Below, one piece after another: positions 19,252 to 29,248 of a stretch of 64,000 bases of DNA (positions are counted from its first letter, which is position 1; the number at the start of each line of letters is the position of its first letter). The translations under genes and the position numbers were made by a program. The DNA is from Bdellovibrionales bacterium (GTDB lineage: Bacteria > Bdellovibrionota > Bdellovibrionia > Bdellovibrionales > JAGQZY01). Below the pieces are notes generated by a model. That model had not been told where the DNA came from and made no database searches. It saw nothing but the letters and a program-made list of their open reading frames with translations. The stretch covers positions 1 to 64,000 of the forward strand of contig JANPLN010000054.1 in NCBI GenBank assembly GCA_031426555.1, in the 5' to 3' direction.

Positions 19252-20262
19252 CTATTGTATGCTGTTTTTCGTCTGAACATCAAACACGACTTGACTTGAG
19301 TCGCTGCTGATCACCTGAGTGAGAAAGCCTTTCCAATGAAACTGAACCAAAGCCTGGTTGAGCTTTTCGCCATCGATCCCTTTAATTTCGAAAACCACTT
19401 GGTCTCTCTCGTAGGAAATAATTTGCGCAGTCGTCGGGCTTTTTGCTGAGCTTTGAACAGCCCCCTGCAGGTGCTGCTTAATGGTCTCCATTTGTTCCCC
19501 AGAAAGACGGCCCGTGAGAACGAGCTTTGTTGAGCTCTCAAGCTTTTCGGGCTTGTAGCTTTCGATCCGCGCATGCAGATCTGTCATTGTGCCTAACATA
19601 AAATCTTTGCTCTCACCGATGGCGAGAAGCAAGTGCCGGTACTGGTGCGGAGGCAGATCATAAATTCGTAACGTCTCACCGATTTTTTGGCCATTTTTAG
19701 CTCGAAAGACTTCAAGCTTTTGCGTCCAGCGTACGCCCTGTACGATCATGGGACTAGGTTCAATACGAACGTCGCCGGTCAATAGCAGCGCCGCTGCTTT
19801 GTGCTTTGCAAACTCCATCTTTTTTTCGAAGGACAGGGCACTCATTTGTAATTCAGGTTGCGGGTCTTTCGCCAGGACCGTGGGATATTCCCATTTTGTT
19901 AATGGCCGCCCCACAAGGGTTTGATACCACTGCCTGAAGAGATCTTTCATCTCGATGGACGAAGAATCCTCGGCCCACCAGTTGTAAACTTCGCCGTCAC
20001 CAAAGGAGCTATAGAATGTGACGAGCGGAAGAATGGACGCGCGCACTGTAGATCGATCAGCCGATCTATCTGTCGATCTATCTGTCGATCTATCTGTCGA
20101 TCGATCTACAGTGGCTTCCGCAGTCGTGGCAGTAAAAAGAGGAGAGACGAAAAGAAGACTGGTAAAAATAAAACAGAAGGTGACACGAAAGCGTCTGCTA
20201 AAGGCGAACTTCGATAAACTGCGTGGGTCCGATGTCGTTTTGAATGGATTCGAAAAAATCAT
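19252..20262 (-). CDS. Hypothetical exported protein with DRST repeats
   Basis: 336-aa ORF with a signal-like hydrophobic stretch. Start is uncertain because it overlaps the dnaE end by 65 nt. Confidence 0.65.
   Translation of the reverse strand: MIFSNPFKTTSDPRSLSKFAFSRRFRVTFCFIFTSLLFVSPLFTATTAEATVDRSTDRSTDRSTDRSADRSTVRASILPLVTFYSSFGDGEVYNWWAEDSSSIEMKDLFRQWYQTLVGRPLTKWEYPTVLAKDPQPELQMSALSFEKKMEFAKHKAAALLLTGDVRIEPSPMIVQGVRWTQKLEVFRAKNGQKIGETLRIYDLPPHQYRHLLLAIGESKDFMLGTMTDLHARIESYKPEKLESSTKLVLTGRLSGEQMETIKQHLQGAVQSSAKSPTTAQIISYERDQVVFEIKGIDGEKLNQALVQFHWKGFLTQVISSDSSQVVFDVQTKNSIQ
20044..20113. repeat. 12-bp tandem repeats enclosed by 15-bp perfect inverted repeats
   Basis: CACTGTAGATCGATC ... 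(TCGATCTATCTG)n ... GATCGATCTACAGTG; 7 GATC sites. Confidence 0.85.
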
Positions 20263-23200
20263 GGCTAAGTGTGACTCCCTTAGGTTCTAATATATCTAAC
20301 ATCACACGTTTTTCTAAGTCAGGAAGTTGCATCTCAAACGAAAGTCGAGTTTCTCCAGGGAAGGCCATGAGTTTTTCTTGCAGTTTTTCTAATTTTGGCA
20401 GCAAACCGCTGTCAATTTTAAACACGGCTCTGGAGGCCCGCTGCAAGATCACATTTAAAAGTTCTACTTTTTCGAGAATGATTTTTTGCGAATCACCGTC
20501 TTTTTCAAGCACTCCCGTGATCAAAATGGGTTGCTCTTGTTTTAATAACAATTCGCTTTTTGCGTAGACATCAGGGAAGGCAATCACCTCGACAACGGAG
20601 CTTAAATCCTCCAGTTGCAAAAATGCCATGCGTGTTCCTTTTTTGGTGATGATCTCTCGCCGATCCACCACGAGTCCTACCAAAGACAACTTCTTTTTGT
20701 GGGCGAAATTTTTTAGCTCCTGGATGGTACCGTCGGTCCAAGCCCGCGCGATGGTCTCGTAGCCGTTGAGCGGATGATCACTCAGGTAAAACCCAAGCAC
20801 GTCTTTTTCGAAACCCAGCTGCGCCATGCGATGCCAAGTGGCCACCTCTGGCAATTCGATTTTTTCCGAAACACCCTCGTCCATCATGGCAAACAGAGAC
20901 TCCTGCCCCACTTCCATATCGCGGCGTTTGGTTTCGACCATGTCTAAGATTTTTTCGTGCTCCTGAAACATTTGTGCGCGATGGTAGCCAAAATGGTCCA
21001 GGGCTCCGGCTTTAATTAGACACTCCACCACTTTTTTATTCACGCGTCGGAGGTCGACTTTTTCAAAAAACTCCTGCAGCGATGCGAATATCTTTGTTGG
21101 CAATGTTTCGCGCGCCTCTAGGATCGCCTGGACCGCCGCCTCGCCCACGCCTTTGATGGCGCCCAGGCTGTAGTACATCACTTCGCCCTTCACGTTGAAT
21201 TTGTAATCTGAAAAATTAACATGTGGTGCTTGAATTTCGATGCCGCGACGGCGACACAGCTTGATGTACTTTACGATTTTATCCGTGTCGGACATTTCCG
21301 TGCTCAACAGCGCTGCAAAAAATTCCACTGGATAGTAGTGCTTCAGCCACGCGGTTTGCGCCGCAATCACGCAGTAGGCGGCTGAGTGGGATTTGTTAAA
21401 CCCGTAATTGGCAAACTCTGCCATCAACTCGAAAAGTTCCTCTGATTTTTTAAGGTCAAAACCGTTTTTTATCGCTCCAGAAACAAAACGATCTTTTTGT
21501 TGGGCCATTTCTTTTGGATCTTTTTTACCCATGGCGCGGCGTAAGATATCCGCTTCGCCCAATGAGTACGATGCAACTTTCGACGCAATCAACTGCACCT
21601 GTTCTTGATAAATAATAATTCCATATGTCTCTTTGAGAACATCCTCGAGCTCGGGAAACAGGTAAACAACCTTAGCTTCGCCGTGCTTTCTCTTTGTGTA
21701 ATCGGGAATCATATCCATGGGTCCCGGTCGGTAAAGAGCGTTGATGGCCATAATGTCTTCAAAACACGTGGGCTTAATTTTTTTAAGGGCGTCAGTGATT
21801 CCATCGCCTTCAAACTGAAACACACCGGCTGAGTCGCCGCTCGACATCAAATCGTAAATATTTTTATCGCTCAGCGGAATCTCTTGTGGAGTGATGGCTT
21901 TGCCGCGATTTTTCAGAATCAAGCGCAGAGTGTCTTGAATGTGCGTGAGCGTTTTAAGACCCAAAAAGTCAAATTTAATAAGACCAATTTTTTCGGCGTG
22001 CTTCATGTCGTACTGGAGCACGTTTTCGCCTTCGGCGCCGCGATAGAGAGGCGCGTGGTCCACCAGTCGGCCATCGGCGATCACAACACCAGCGGCGTGA
22101 ATCCCTGCGTGCCTGACAAGGCCTTCAATACGCTGAGCCAGGTCCATCAATGTATTGATCTGCGGGTTGGCTTCCATGGCTTCACCGATGCGCGGTTCGA
22201 GCTTGAGAGCCTCTTCGATCGTGAGGCCTAACTTATCGGGCATGAGTTTAGAGATGACATCAACATCGGCGTAAACCATTCCCAGCACGCGACCCACATC
22301 GCGGATGGCGGCGCGGGCTTGCAAACGACCGTAGGTGATAATTTGCGACACACTTTCGAAGCCGTATTTTTCGGTGACGTAACGGATCACATCGCCCCGT
22401 CGCTCTTGGCAAAAATCCACGTCAAAATCGGGCATACTCACCCGCTCGGGATTGAGGAAGCGCTCAAAAATTAAACTGTAGCGTACGGGATCGAGATCCG
22501 TGATTTTGAGCGTGTAAGCGACAAGGGATCCTGCACCCGATCCCCGCCCCGGGCCCACGGGAATATCGTTGGTCTTCGCCCAGTTAATAAAATCTTGAAC
22601 GATCAAAAAGTAACCTAAAAAACCCATGCCTTCGATGACTTTAATTTCGTACTTTAAACGATCGAAGTACTGCGGCTTGTTGGCCTCTTCGACGGCTTCG
22701 CCGCGCTTTTCGGCCTCATGAAAGCGATCTTCTAAACCCTTAAAAGTGAGACGCTCCATCTCCTCCCGGAGAGTCATCCCCTCGGGAGTTGGAAACGATG
22801 GCAAGTGGTAAATGGCCTTGCCGCTAGCGTCTTTCAGTTTGAAATCCACTTTGCAACGCTCGGCGATCTCGAGAGTGGCATCGCAAACACCCGGCACATC
22901 TTTAAACAGATCCTGCATTTGTTGAGGAGACTTAAAGTAAAACTCATCGCTCCCTAAACGAAAGCGTGAAGGATCGTTGAGGGTTTTGTTGCTGCCGATG
23001 CAGATCAGAACTTCCTGCGGCAACTGATCTTCTTTGTTCAGGTAATGGACGTCGTTGGTGGCCACACAACGAACGTCGAGATCTTTTCCTGCCTGCAATA
23101 AAAACGGATTCAAGCGCTCCCACTCAGGCGTGCGCGAGCGATTGAGCTCGAGATAAAAGCGATCGCCAAAGATGTCTTTAAATTGTTTGATCTTATCGTA

Positions 23201-23665
23201 GGCCATGTCCGTGCCCACTTTTAAAAAGGCTTGGGCCACTTCGCCGTAGGTACCGCCGCTCAAGGCAATGAGATCCTCGTTGAACTCTTTGAGGACTTCG
23301 TAATCAATGCGCGGTTTGTAGTAAAAGCCTTCTTGATAACCAATGCTGCTCAGGCGACACAGATTTTGATAGCCCTTGTAGTTTTGTGCAAGCAGAACCA
23401 ATCGCGTTGAATTTGGCTTGCCATCGGTGCTGCTCTTTACCTTGCGCGATTGCGGCGCTAAGTAGGCATCCATCCCGATGAGAGCTTTAAGCCCTGCATC
23501 TTTGCACGCAAAATAAAATTCAATGGCGCCAAATAAATTTCCATTGTCGGTCATCGCCACGGCGGGCATGCCAAAACTCTTTGCTCGTTCGGCAATTTTT
23601 TTAGGTAAGCACGTGGCTTCTAAAAGTGAGTATTGAGAATGAACGTGCAGATGGACAAAGGACAT
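20198..23665 (-). CDS. dnaE: DNA polymerase III alpha subunit
   Basis: PHP motif HLHVHSQYS, GPGRGSGAGS, SMPDFDVDF, KFDFLGL, YGFNKSH and an OB fold. Confidence 0.99.
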   Translation of the reverse strand: MSFVHLHVHSQYSLLEATCLPKKIAERAKSFGMPAVAMTDNGNLFGAIEFYFACKDAGLKALIGMDAYLAPQSRKVKSSTDGKPNSTRLVLLAQNYKGYQNLCRLSSIGYQEGFYYKPRIDYEVLKEFNEDLIALSGGTYGEVAQAFLKVGTDMAYDKIKQFKDIFGDRFYLELNRSRTPEWERLNPFLLQAGKDLDVRCVATNDVHYLNKEDQLPQEVLICIGSNKTLNDPSRFRLGSDEFYFKSPQQMQDLFKDVPGVCDATLEIAERCKVDFKLKDASGKAIYHLPSFPTPEGMTLREEMERLTFKGLEDRFHEAEKRGEAVEEANKPQYFDRLKYEIKVIEGMGFLGYFLIVQDFINWAKTNDIPVGPGRGSGAGSLVAYTLKITDLDPVRYSLIFERFLNPERVSMPDFDVDFCQERRGDVIRYVTEKYGFESVSQIITYGRLQARAAIRDVGRVLGMVYADVDVISKLMPDKLGLTIEEALKLEPRIGEAMEANPQINTLMDLAQRIEGLVRHAGIHAAGVVIADGRLVDHAPLYRGAEGENVLQYDMKHAEKIGLIKFDFLGLKTLTHIQDTLRLILKNRGKAITPQEIPLSDKNIYDLMSSGDSAGVFQFEGDGITDALKKIKPTCFEDIMAINALYRPGPMDMIPDYTKRKHGEAKVVYLFPELEDVLKETYGIIIYQEQVQLIASKVASYSLGEADILRRAMGKKDPKEMAQQKDRFVSGAIKNGFDLKKSEELFELMAEFANYGFNKSHSAAYCVIAAQTAWLKHYYPVEFFAALLSTEMSDTDKIVKYIKLCRRRGIEIQAPHVNFSDYKFNVKGEVMYYSLGAIKGVGEAAVQAILEARETLPTKIFASLQEFFEKVDLRRVNKKVVECLIKAGALDHFGYHRAQMFQEHEKILDMVETKRRDMEVGQESLFAMMDEGVSEKIELPEVATWHRMAQLGFEKDVLGFYLSDHPLNGYETIARAWTDGTIQELKNFAHKKKLSLVGLVVDRREIITKKGTRMAFLQLEDLSSVVEVIAFPDVYAKSELLLKQEQPILITGVLEKDGDSQKIILEKVELLNVILQRASRAVFKIDSGLLPKLEKLQEKLMAFPGETRLSFEMQLPDLEKRVMLDILEPKGVTLSHDFFESIQNDIGPTQFIEVRL

Positions 23666-23666
23666 C

Positions 23667-25193
23667 CTACTCCCACTCGATCGTACCAGGCGGCTTGCTT
23701 GTCACATCGTAGACAACACGATTCACCTGGCGCACTTCGTTGGTAATCCGATTGGAAACTTTTTGTAAAAATGCTGGTTCAAAAGCAAACCAATTGGCGG
23801 TCATTCCGTCTTGTGACGTGACCGCGCGCAGAGCAAGAACCTGGCTGTAGGTTCGCGCATCCCCTTGCACGCCCACAGTGTAAACTGGCAAAAGCACGCA
23901 GAAGGCCTGCCAGATTTTGTCGTACAAACCGCCCTTGCGAAGTTCGTCGATGTAAATAGCATCGCAATCTTTTAAAATTTCCAAGGACTCTTTATTCACC
24001 TCGCCGATGATGCGAATGGCGAGCCCTGGACCCGGAAACGGATGGCGTCCTAAACTGTCTGCGGGAATTTGCATCTGTCGACCGATGGCGCGCACTTCAT
24101 CTTTAAAAAGCTCACGAACCGGTTCAACAAGTTTCAACTTCATCTTTGCCGGCAAACCACCCACATTGTGGTGGGATTTGATGGTGACGTTTTCACCTCT
24201 TAAAGAAACACTTTCAATCACATCTGGATAAAGGGTTCCCTGCGCTAAAAAATCTGCTTTTAGCTTGAGATCCTTAATACTTTTATCAAACACTTCAATA
24301 AAAACCCGACCAATGGCTTTGCGTTTGTCTTCGGGGTCCGTCTTGCCTTTGAGCTCCCGTAAAAATTCGTCTTCAGCATCCACGCCGTGCACGTTGAGTC
24401 CCATTTTTTCGTAGCGCTGCATGACTTCTTCGTACTCATGCTTGCGTAGGAGTCCGTTATTCACAAACACACAATGCACACGCTCGGCGCCGAGGGCCTT
24501 TGTACACAGCGTAGCTACCACAGTGGAATCCACGCCGCCACTCAAGGCACACAGCACTTGCCCCGTGGGACCGACCTGAGTTTGAATTTGTTTTTTAAGC
24601 TGCTCGACGATGTTGCCCGGGCTCCAGTTGGGCTCGGCTTTGCACATATCGAAAACAAAATAGCGAATCAAATCATCACCGGATTCCGTGTGTGTGACTT
24701 CGGGGTGAAACTGAAACGCCAACGCCCGCGGACCCCGCATGGCCGCTGCATGATGATTGTCTGATTGCGCGATGATTTCAAAACCCGGCGGCGCCTTTTC
24801 GACCACGTCACCATGACTCATCCACACCGAATGCTTTTTTGGAATTTTATCGTTGAGTTGCGCACTCCAGTGAATTTCCCGGTGGCCGTACTCTTGAACT
24901 TTTGCCGTTTCAACCTGACCACCCAGGCTCTTAGCCATGAGCTGCATGCCGTAACAGATGCCAAGCACTGGCGCGATGCTTGGAAGCTGCTCCACGTTGC
25001 GCAGAGGAGCTTTTGGATCATTCACCGATTGCGGCCCGCCGCTGAGAATAATTCCCGCAGGATTTTTACTTTTGATCGTCGCCAAATCCACATCGTAGGG
25101 AAGGATTTCGGAAAACACCTGAAACTCCCGCAGTCGCCGAGCGATCAGTTGTGTGACTTGCGAACCAAAATCTAAAATCAAAAAGTTATTCAT
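23667..25193 (-). CDS. guaA: GMP synthase (glutamine-hydrolysing)
   Basis: DFGSQ, GICYG, QFHPE, SGGVDS, IKSHHN and KPPGTIEWE motifs. Confidence 0.99.
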   Translation of the reverse strand: MNNFLILDFGSQVTQLIARRLREFQVFSEILPYDVDLATIKSKNPAGIILSGGPQSVNDPKAPLRNVEQLPSIAPVLGICYGMQLMAKSLGGQVETAKVQEYGHREIHWSAQLNDKIPKKHSVWMSHGDVVEKAPPGFEIIAQSDNHHAAAMRGPRALAFQFHPEVTHTESGDDLIRYFVFDMCKAEPNWSPGNIVEQLKKQIQTQVGPTGQVLCALSGGVDSTVVATLCTKALGAERVHCVFVNNGLLRKHEYEEVMQRYEKMGLNVHGVDAEDEFLRELKGKTDPEDKRKAIGRVFIEVFDKSIKDLKLKADFLAQGTLYPDVIESVSLRGENVTIKSHHNVGGLPAKMKLKLVEPVRELFKDEVRAIGRQMQIPADSLGRHPFPGPGLAIRIIGEVNKESLEILKDCDAIYIDELRKGGLYDKIWQAFCVLLPVYTVGVQGDARTYSQVLALRAVTSQDGMTANWFAFEPAFLQKVSNRITNEVRQVNRVVYDVTSKPPGTIEWE

Positions 25194-25264
25194 AGTTCTC
25201 CACGAAAAAGTATTATGTTACGCGTATTGCGCCTGGCTTTGCAGCCCATGACGCGATTCTCAAC

Positions 25265-25287
25265 TAAAAGGTACGGCGTACCTTTTA
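25265..25287. terminator. Hairpin overlapping the guaB stop codon
   Basis: TAAAAGGTAC-GGC-GTACCTTTTA, which could act as a bidirectional terminator. Confidence 0.5.
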
Positions 25288-26745
25288 CTCCAAACGGTAG
25301 TTTGGAGCTTCTTTGGTGATCGCGACGTCGTGGACGTGGCTTTCGCGATATCCTTGCATGCTGATTTTTACAAACAGGGCGCGCTCTTGCAGCGATGGGA
25401 TGTCCTTCGCTCCAACGTAACCCATTCCTGAGCGCAGACCACCCACCAACTGATGGATAATGGCCCCGGCAGTTCCTCGATACGGCACCCGGCCTTCGAT
25501 GCCCTCGGGCACCAGCTTGTCGTTTTCGTCCACATCCGATTGGAAATAACGATCGCGCGAACCCATCTTCATGGCGCCCATGCTTCCCATGCCGCGATAG
25601 GTTTTGTAACTGCGACCTTGATACAAAATCGATTCGCCAGGGCTTTCATCAGCACCCGCCAAAAGATTTCCAATCATCACTGTGTTGGCCCCAAGGCCAA
25701 TGGCTTTTGCCAAATCTCCGGAATATTTAATTCCACCATCGGCGATAATTGTTCGCCCCATTTTTTTTGCAGCGTCCGAGCAAATGCGCACCGCCGTTGC
25801 CTGCGGCATTCCCACACCCGCCACAACTCGGGTTGTGCAAATGCTACCTGGGCCCACGCCGACCTTCACCACATCCGCCTTGCGGCGAATCAGCTCTTCT
25901 GTGGCTTCGGCTGTGACCACGTTGCCGGCGATCAAAATAATATCGGGATAGGTTTGCGCCACCCACTCCACCATGCTCAAAACATTTTTAGAATGCCCGT
26001 GCGCTGTGTCCACCGCAATGGCATCCACACCTTGAGCCGCTAACGCCTGAACGCGCTCCCGCGACGATGCATCAATGCCCACTGCTGCGCCCGCGAGCAG
26101 TCGACCTTTGCTGTCTTTCGATGCGTTTGGAAAAGCCTTGGCTTTCTCGATATCTTTGATCGTTATTAGGCCGGAGAGTTCGCCGTTATCATTCACTACT
26201 AAAAGTTTTTCGATGCGATGCTTTTGCAACAAAACTTTGGCTTCGTTCAGCGTGACGCCTTTTTTTGCCGTGATGAGATTTTCTTTGGTCATCAGATTGG
26301 ACAGCGGCTGGTCAAGATTGGTTTCAAAACGCAAATCGCGATTTGTAAGAATGCCCACTAGTTTTTTATGCACAGTGATCGGAACGCCGCTGATCGAATA
26401 CTTTTTCATCAGCTCTAAGGCGTCTCGCACGGGAACATCAGGGCCCAGCGTAATAGGCTCGGTGATCATCCCGCTTTCGTATTTTTTTACTTTTTCCACT
26501 TCAAAAGCCTGCTCTTGAATGGTCATATTTTTGTGGATGATACCGAGGCCACCCATTTGGGCGAGAACTCGCGCCATTTTATTTTCGGTCACGGTGTCCA
26601 TGGCCGCAGAAATGATTGGCACATGCAGCGAAACGCCTTTGGCAAAAAAAGCTTTTGTGGAAACTTCGCTTGGCACCACTTCGGAAAATTGCGGAATCAA
26701 TAACAAATCATCGTAGGTTAAGGCCATCTCTTCGATCAATTTCAT
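25285..26745 (-). CDS. guaB: IMP dehydrogenase
   Basis: SAAMDTVT, CBS pair, GVGPGSICTT, ADGG and YRGMGS motifs. Confidence 0.99.
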   Translation of the reverse strand: MKLIEEMALTYDDLLLIPQFSEVVPSEVSTKAFFAKGVSLHVPIISAAMDTVTENKMARVLAQMGGLGIIHKNMTIQEQAFEVEKVKKYESGMITEPITLGPDVPVRDALELMKKYSISGVPITVHKKLVGILTNRDLRFETNLDQPLSNLMTKENLITAKKGVTLNEAKVLLQKHRIEKLLVVNDNGELSGLITIKDIEKAKAFPNASKDSKGRLLAGAAVGIDASSRERVQALAAQGVDAIAVDTAHGHSKNVLSMVEWVAQTYPDIILIAGNVVTAEATEELIRRKADVVKVGVGPGSICTTRVVAGVGMPQATAVRICSDAAKKMGRTIIADGGIKYSGDLAKAIGLGANTVMIGNLLAGADESPGESILYQGRSYKTYRGMGSMGAMKMGSRDRYFQSDVDENDKLVPEGIEGRVPYRGTAGAIIHQLVGGLRSGMGYVGAKDIPSLQERALFVKISMQGYRESHVHDVAITKEAPNYRLE

Positions 26746-27260
26746 TTTATCTCCTTATACCAAGAACTGTAGAGTTTGTAGTTGTCTGCAGACTGTTTTA
26801 AAAATGCCAATTCTTTTTCATTGAGAGGACGAATGGCTTTAGCTGGTCGCCCTAGATACAGCCAACCTTCCTGCGTCACCGTGTTTTCGGTGAGTAATGC
26901 TCCTGCGCCAATCATTGTTCGCGGCGCCACTTTGCAAAGATCCATCACGATGGCTCCCATGCCGACAAAACTTTCGTCGCCCAGCTCGCAGCCGTGAAGG
27001 ATGGCCAGATGACCTACAGTCACTCGATCGCCCACGGTGGTTCCACATTTGTTGTAGGTTCCGTGCACAACAGTGCCATCTTGAATGTTTGAGTCTTTAC
27101 CGATGATAAGGGGCATCACATCGCCGCGCAAAACAACGTTATACCAAATAGAACTTCCGTCGCCGATGGTCACGTCGCCGATAATTTGCGCCGTACTGGC
27201 AAGAAAAGCTTTGTTCGAAATTTGCAGTTTTTTACCTTCAAGATTAATAAGGTGTGCCAT
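26742..27260 (-). CDS. Gamma-carbonic anhydrase family (YrdA/PaaY-like)
   Basis: Hexapeptide repeats; LRGD, NIQDGTVVH and VGHLAILHG, with all three His present. Confidence 0.93.
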   Translation of the reverse strand: MAHLINLEGKKLQISNKAFLASTAQIIGDVTIGDGSSIWYNVVLRGDVMPLIIGKDSNIQDGTVVHGTYNKCGTTVGDRVTVGHLAILHGCELGDESFVGMGAIVMDLCKVAPRTMIGAGALLTENTVTQEGWLYLGRPAKAIRPLNEKELAFLKQSADNYKLYSSWYKEIK

Positions 27261-27261
27261 G

Positions 27262-27804
27262 TCACATTAAATACTTTTGTCGGCCCTCTGTCCATCTCTG
27301 ATTTACTAAAAAAATTTCATTTTTCTGGTCGGAAACTTGGGTTTCGTGAATATAATTCCGAGTTGCATAAAAAGGAAGTTCCGCCTCTAAACACAGCCCT
27401 AAAACTTTATCCAGTGCCACATCGAGAAACTGCTCGATGTCGTCTTTTATGTAATATACTTTCACGTGATGCTTGCCGAGGGAATGCTTAGTAAAAACGC
27501 AACGTTGGAACTGCACATTCCATTGTTTAAAAAATTCCTGCTGCAAAGTTGAAAGGGATTTCTTCCAGAGGGATTTTAAATTTGGAATGCCTAAAAGATC
27601 TGCGCTTTGAATTGGAAAACGCAGTGGCAGAAATGCTTTTTTGCTTTCGTTTTCGAGAATAAAAACAAAATGATTTCCCTCAAACACAACACCTTTGGGC
27701 AAAAGCTCCAACCACTCAAAATCGCAGGTGCCGCTTTCAGACTTCGCAGTCTCTGTCGTCGATGTGATTTGCTTTTTGCGAGAGACAGTGGATGGATTCT
27801 TCAT
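27262..27804 (-). CDS. Hypothetical protein, possibly a divergent bifunctional-nuclease (DUF151) fold
   Basis: The pattern 'LELLPKGV..VFILE..KAFLPL..RCVF..LGLCLEAELPFYA' parallels DUF151. Follows miaB. Confidence 0.5.
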   Translation of the reverse strand: MKNPSTVSRKKQITSTTETAKSESGTCDFEWLELLPKGVVFEGNHFVFILENESKKAFLPLRFPIQSADLLGIPNLKSLWKKSLSTLQQEFFKQWNVQFQRCVFTKHSLGKHHVKVYYIKDDIEQFLDVALDKVLGLCLEAELPFYATRNYIHETQVSDQKNEIFLVNQRWTEGRQKYLM

Positions 27805-29114
27805 TGCACACGCTCCCCTTCGAGCATGGAAGGACGGGCTTTTTTCACTTTAAAATGTGCAAGGTCGCCTATTTTTAGGTCTCCCGCCGCAAAGCGTGCC
27901 GGGCGATTGTTGCTGGTGCGACCAAAAATAAGACCGTCGTTGATTTCTTCCACTAAAACTTCGTAAGTTTTCCCAACACTCTCTTCGGCAAGCTCCAAAG
28001 AGATCGGCCGCTGAAGCGCAAAAAGCCGCTCTAAGCGCTCCGACTTTTCGGCCTCAGACAGTTGCTCTTCCCAGCGCGCCGCCTTCGTGAAAGGCCTCGG
28101 GCTGTATTTAAATGCATAAATATTATCGTAGCGAACTTGTTTGACCATGGATAAAGTTTCTTGAAATTGATCTTCGGTCTCACCGGGAAAACCCACGATG
28201 ATGTCGGTTGAAAGAGTGACCTCGGGAATTGCTTTGCGAATCATCTCGACTTTCTGCATGTATTCTTCGCGAGTGTAACCGCGATTCATCCGTTGCAACA
28301 CTTCGGAATTCCCAGATTGCACGGGAAGATGAATATAATCGCAAATCTTTTTGCGATAGGCCTGGCTTAAATCCACAAGCTCCTGATTAAAATCCTTAGG
28401 GTGCGACGTTGTGTAACGAATTCGCAAAACATCGGTTTGCTCCGAGAGAGTGCGCATCAGTTCGCCAAAGGTTGCACCACAATCGGACTTGTAGGAATTC
28501 ACATTCTGCCCGAGCAAAGTCACTTCTTTGACCCCGCGCTGGGTGAGCGCTTGGATATCTTGAATCAATTCCTTCATGGGCCGGCTGCGCTCGCGCCCGC
28601 GAGTGTAAGGAACCACGCAGAAGGTGCAAAAGTTATCACAGCCTTTGGTGATATTGATAAAGGTGGAGATACCGGGATTGCGAATCAAAGTTTGGATTTG
28701 GTAGGGTTTTGTGTATTCGAATTTGGCGTGCACCAATTTGTCTTTGGTGCCGCGGGCTTTTTCGGCAAGCTCCGGCAGCTGGTCGATGTTGTCGGTGCCG
28801 AAAACAAAATCAATCAATGGGTTGTCGTCGATGAGTTTCTTTTTTTCTTGCTGAGCTACGCAGCCGCCCACGCCGATGCGCAAAAGCGGGTTGCCCTTTT
28901 TGAGTTCGCGGTAGCGCCCCACTTCGGAAGAAACTTTGTGCACCGGTTTTTCGCGCACGCTGCACGAGTTGATCAGGATAAGATCGGCCATTTCTGGAGA
29001 ATTCACCGGCGTGTAGTTGGACATCTCCAACAACGAATACATTCTCTCGGTGTCGTTGACGTTCATCTGACAACCGTAGGTGGAAATATAAACACCCTTT
29101 GTGGACTCGCTCAT
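27801..29114 (-). CDS. miaB: tRNA-2-methylthio-N6-isopentenyladenosine synthase
   Basis: TYGCQMN, NSCSVRE, radical SAM motif CDNFCTFC, C-terminal TRAM domain. Confidence 0.97.
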   Translation of the reverse strand: MSESTKGVYISTYGCQMNVNDTERMYSLLEMSNYTPVNSPEMADLILINSCSVREKPVHKVSSEVGRYRELKKGNPLLRIGVGGCVAQQEKKKLIDDNPLIDFVFGTDNIDQLPELAEKARGTKDKLVHAKFEYTKPYQIQTLIRNPGISTFINITKGCDNFCTFCVVPYTRGRERSRPMKELIQDIQALTQRGVKEVTLLGQNVNSYKSDCGATFGELMRTLSEQTDVLRIRYTTSHPKDFNQELVDLSQAYRKKICDYIHLPVQSGNSEVLQRMNRGYTREEYMQKVEMIRKAIPEVTLSTDIIVGFPGETEDQFQETLSMVKQVRYDNIYAFKYSPRPFTKAARWEEQLSEAEKSERLERLFALQRPISLELAEESVGKTYEVLVEEINDGLIFGRTSNNRPARFAAGDLKIGDLAHFKVKKARPSMLEGERVQ

Positions 29115-29248
29115 AGACTCTCTTTCCTTATAAAATTCGTAGAGTTACAGTAACAATTTCAAGCGTGACAAAATGCACCAAATAATTTATCAGTTATAGC
29201 AATTCGAAAAGTGAAGTCAACAGACTCATCTTGCACGTTTGGAGATTT

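Noticed and set aside
20044..20113. Short repeats as a CRISPR array
   Set aside because: The units are 12 bp, contiguous and have no spacers, and there are no cas genes in the window.
20198..23665. Intein or split in dnaE
   Set aside because: The length is normal (1155 aa) and the motifs are continuous.
28401..29153. 250-aa + strand ORF
   Set aside because: It is antisense to miaB and has no recognisable motifs.
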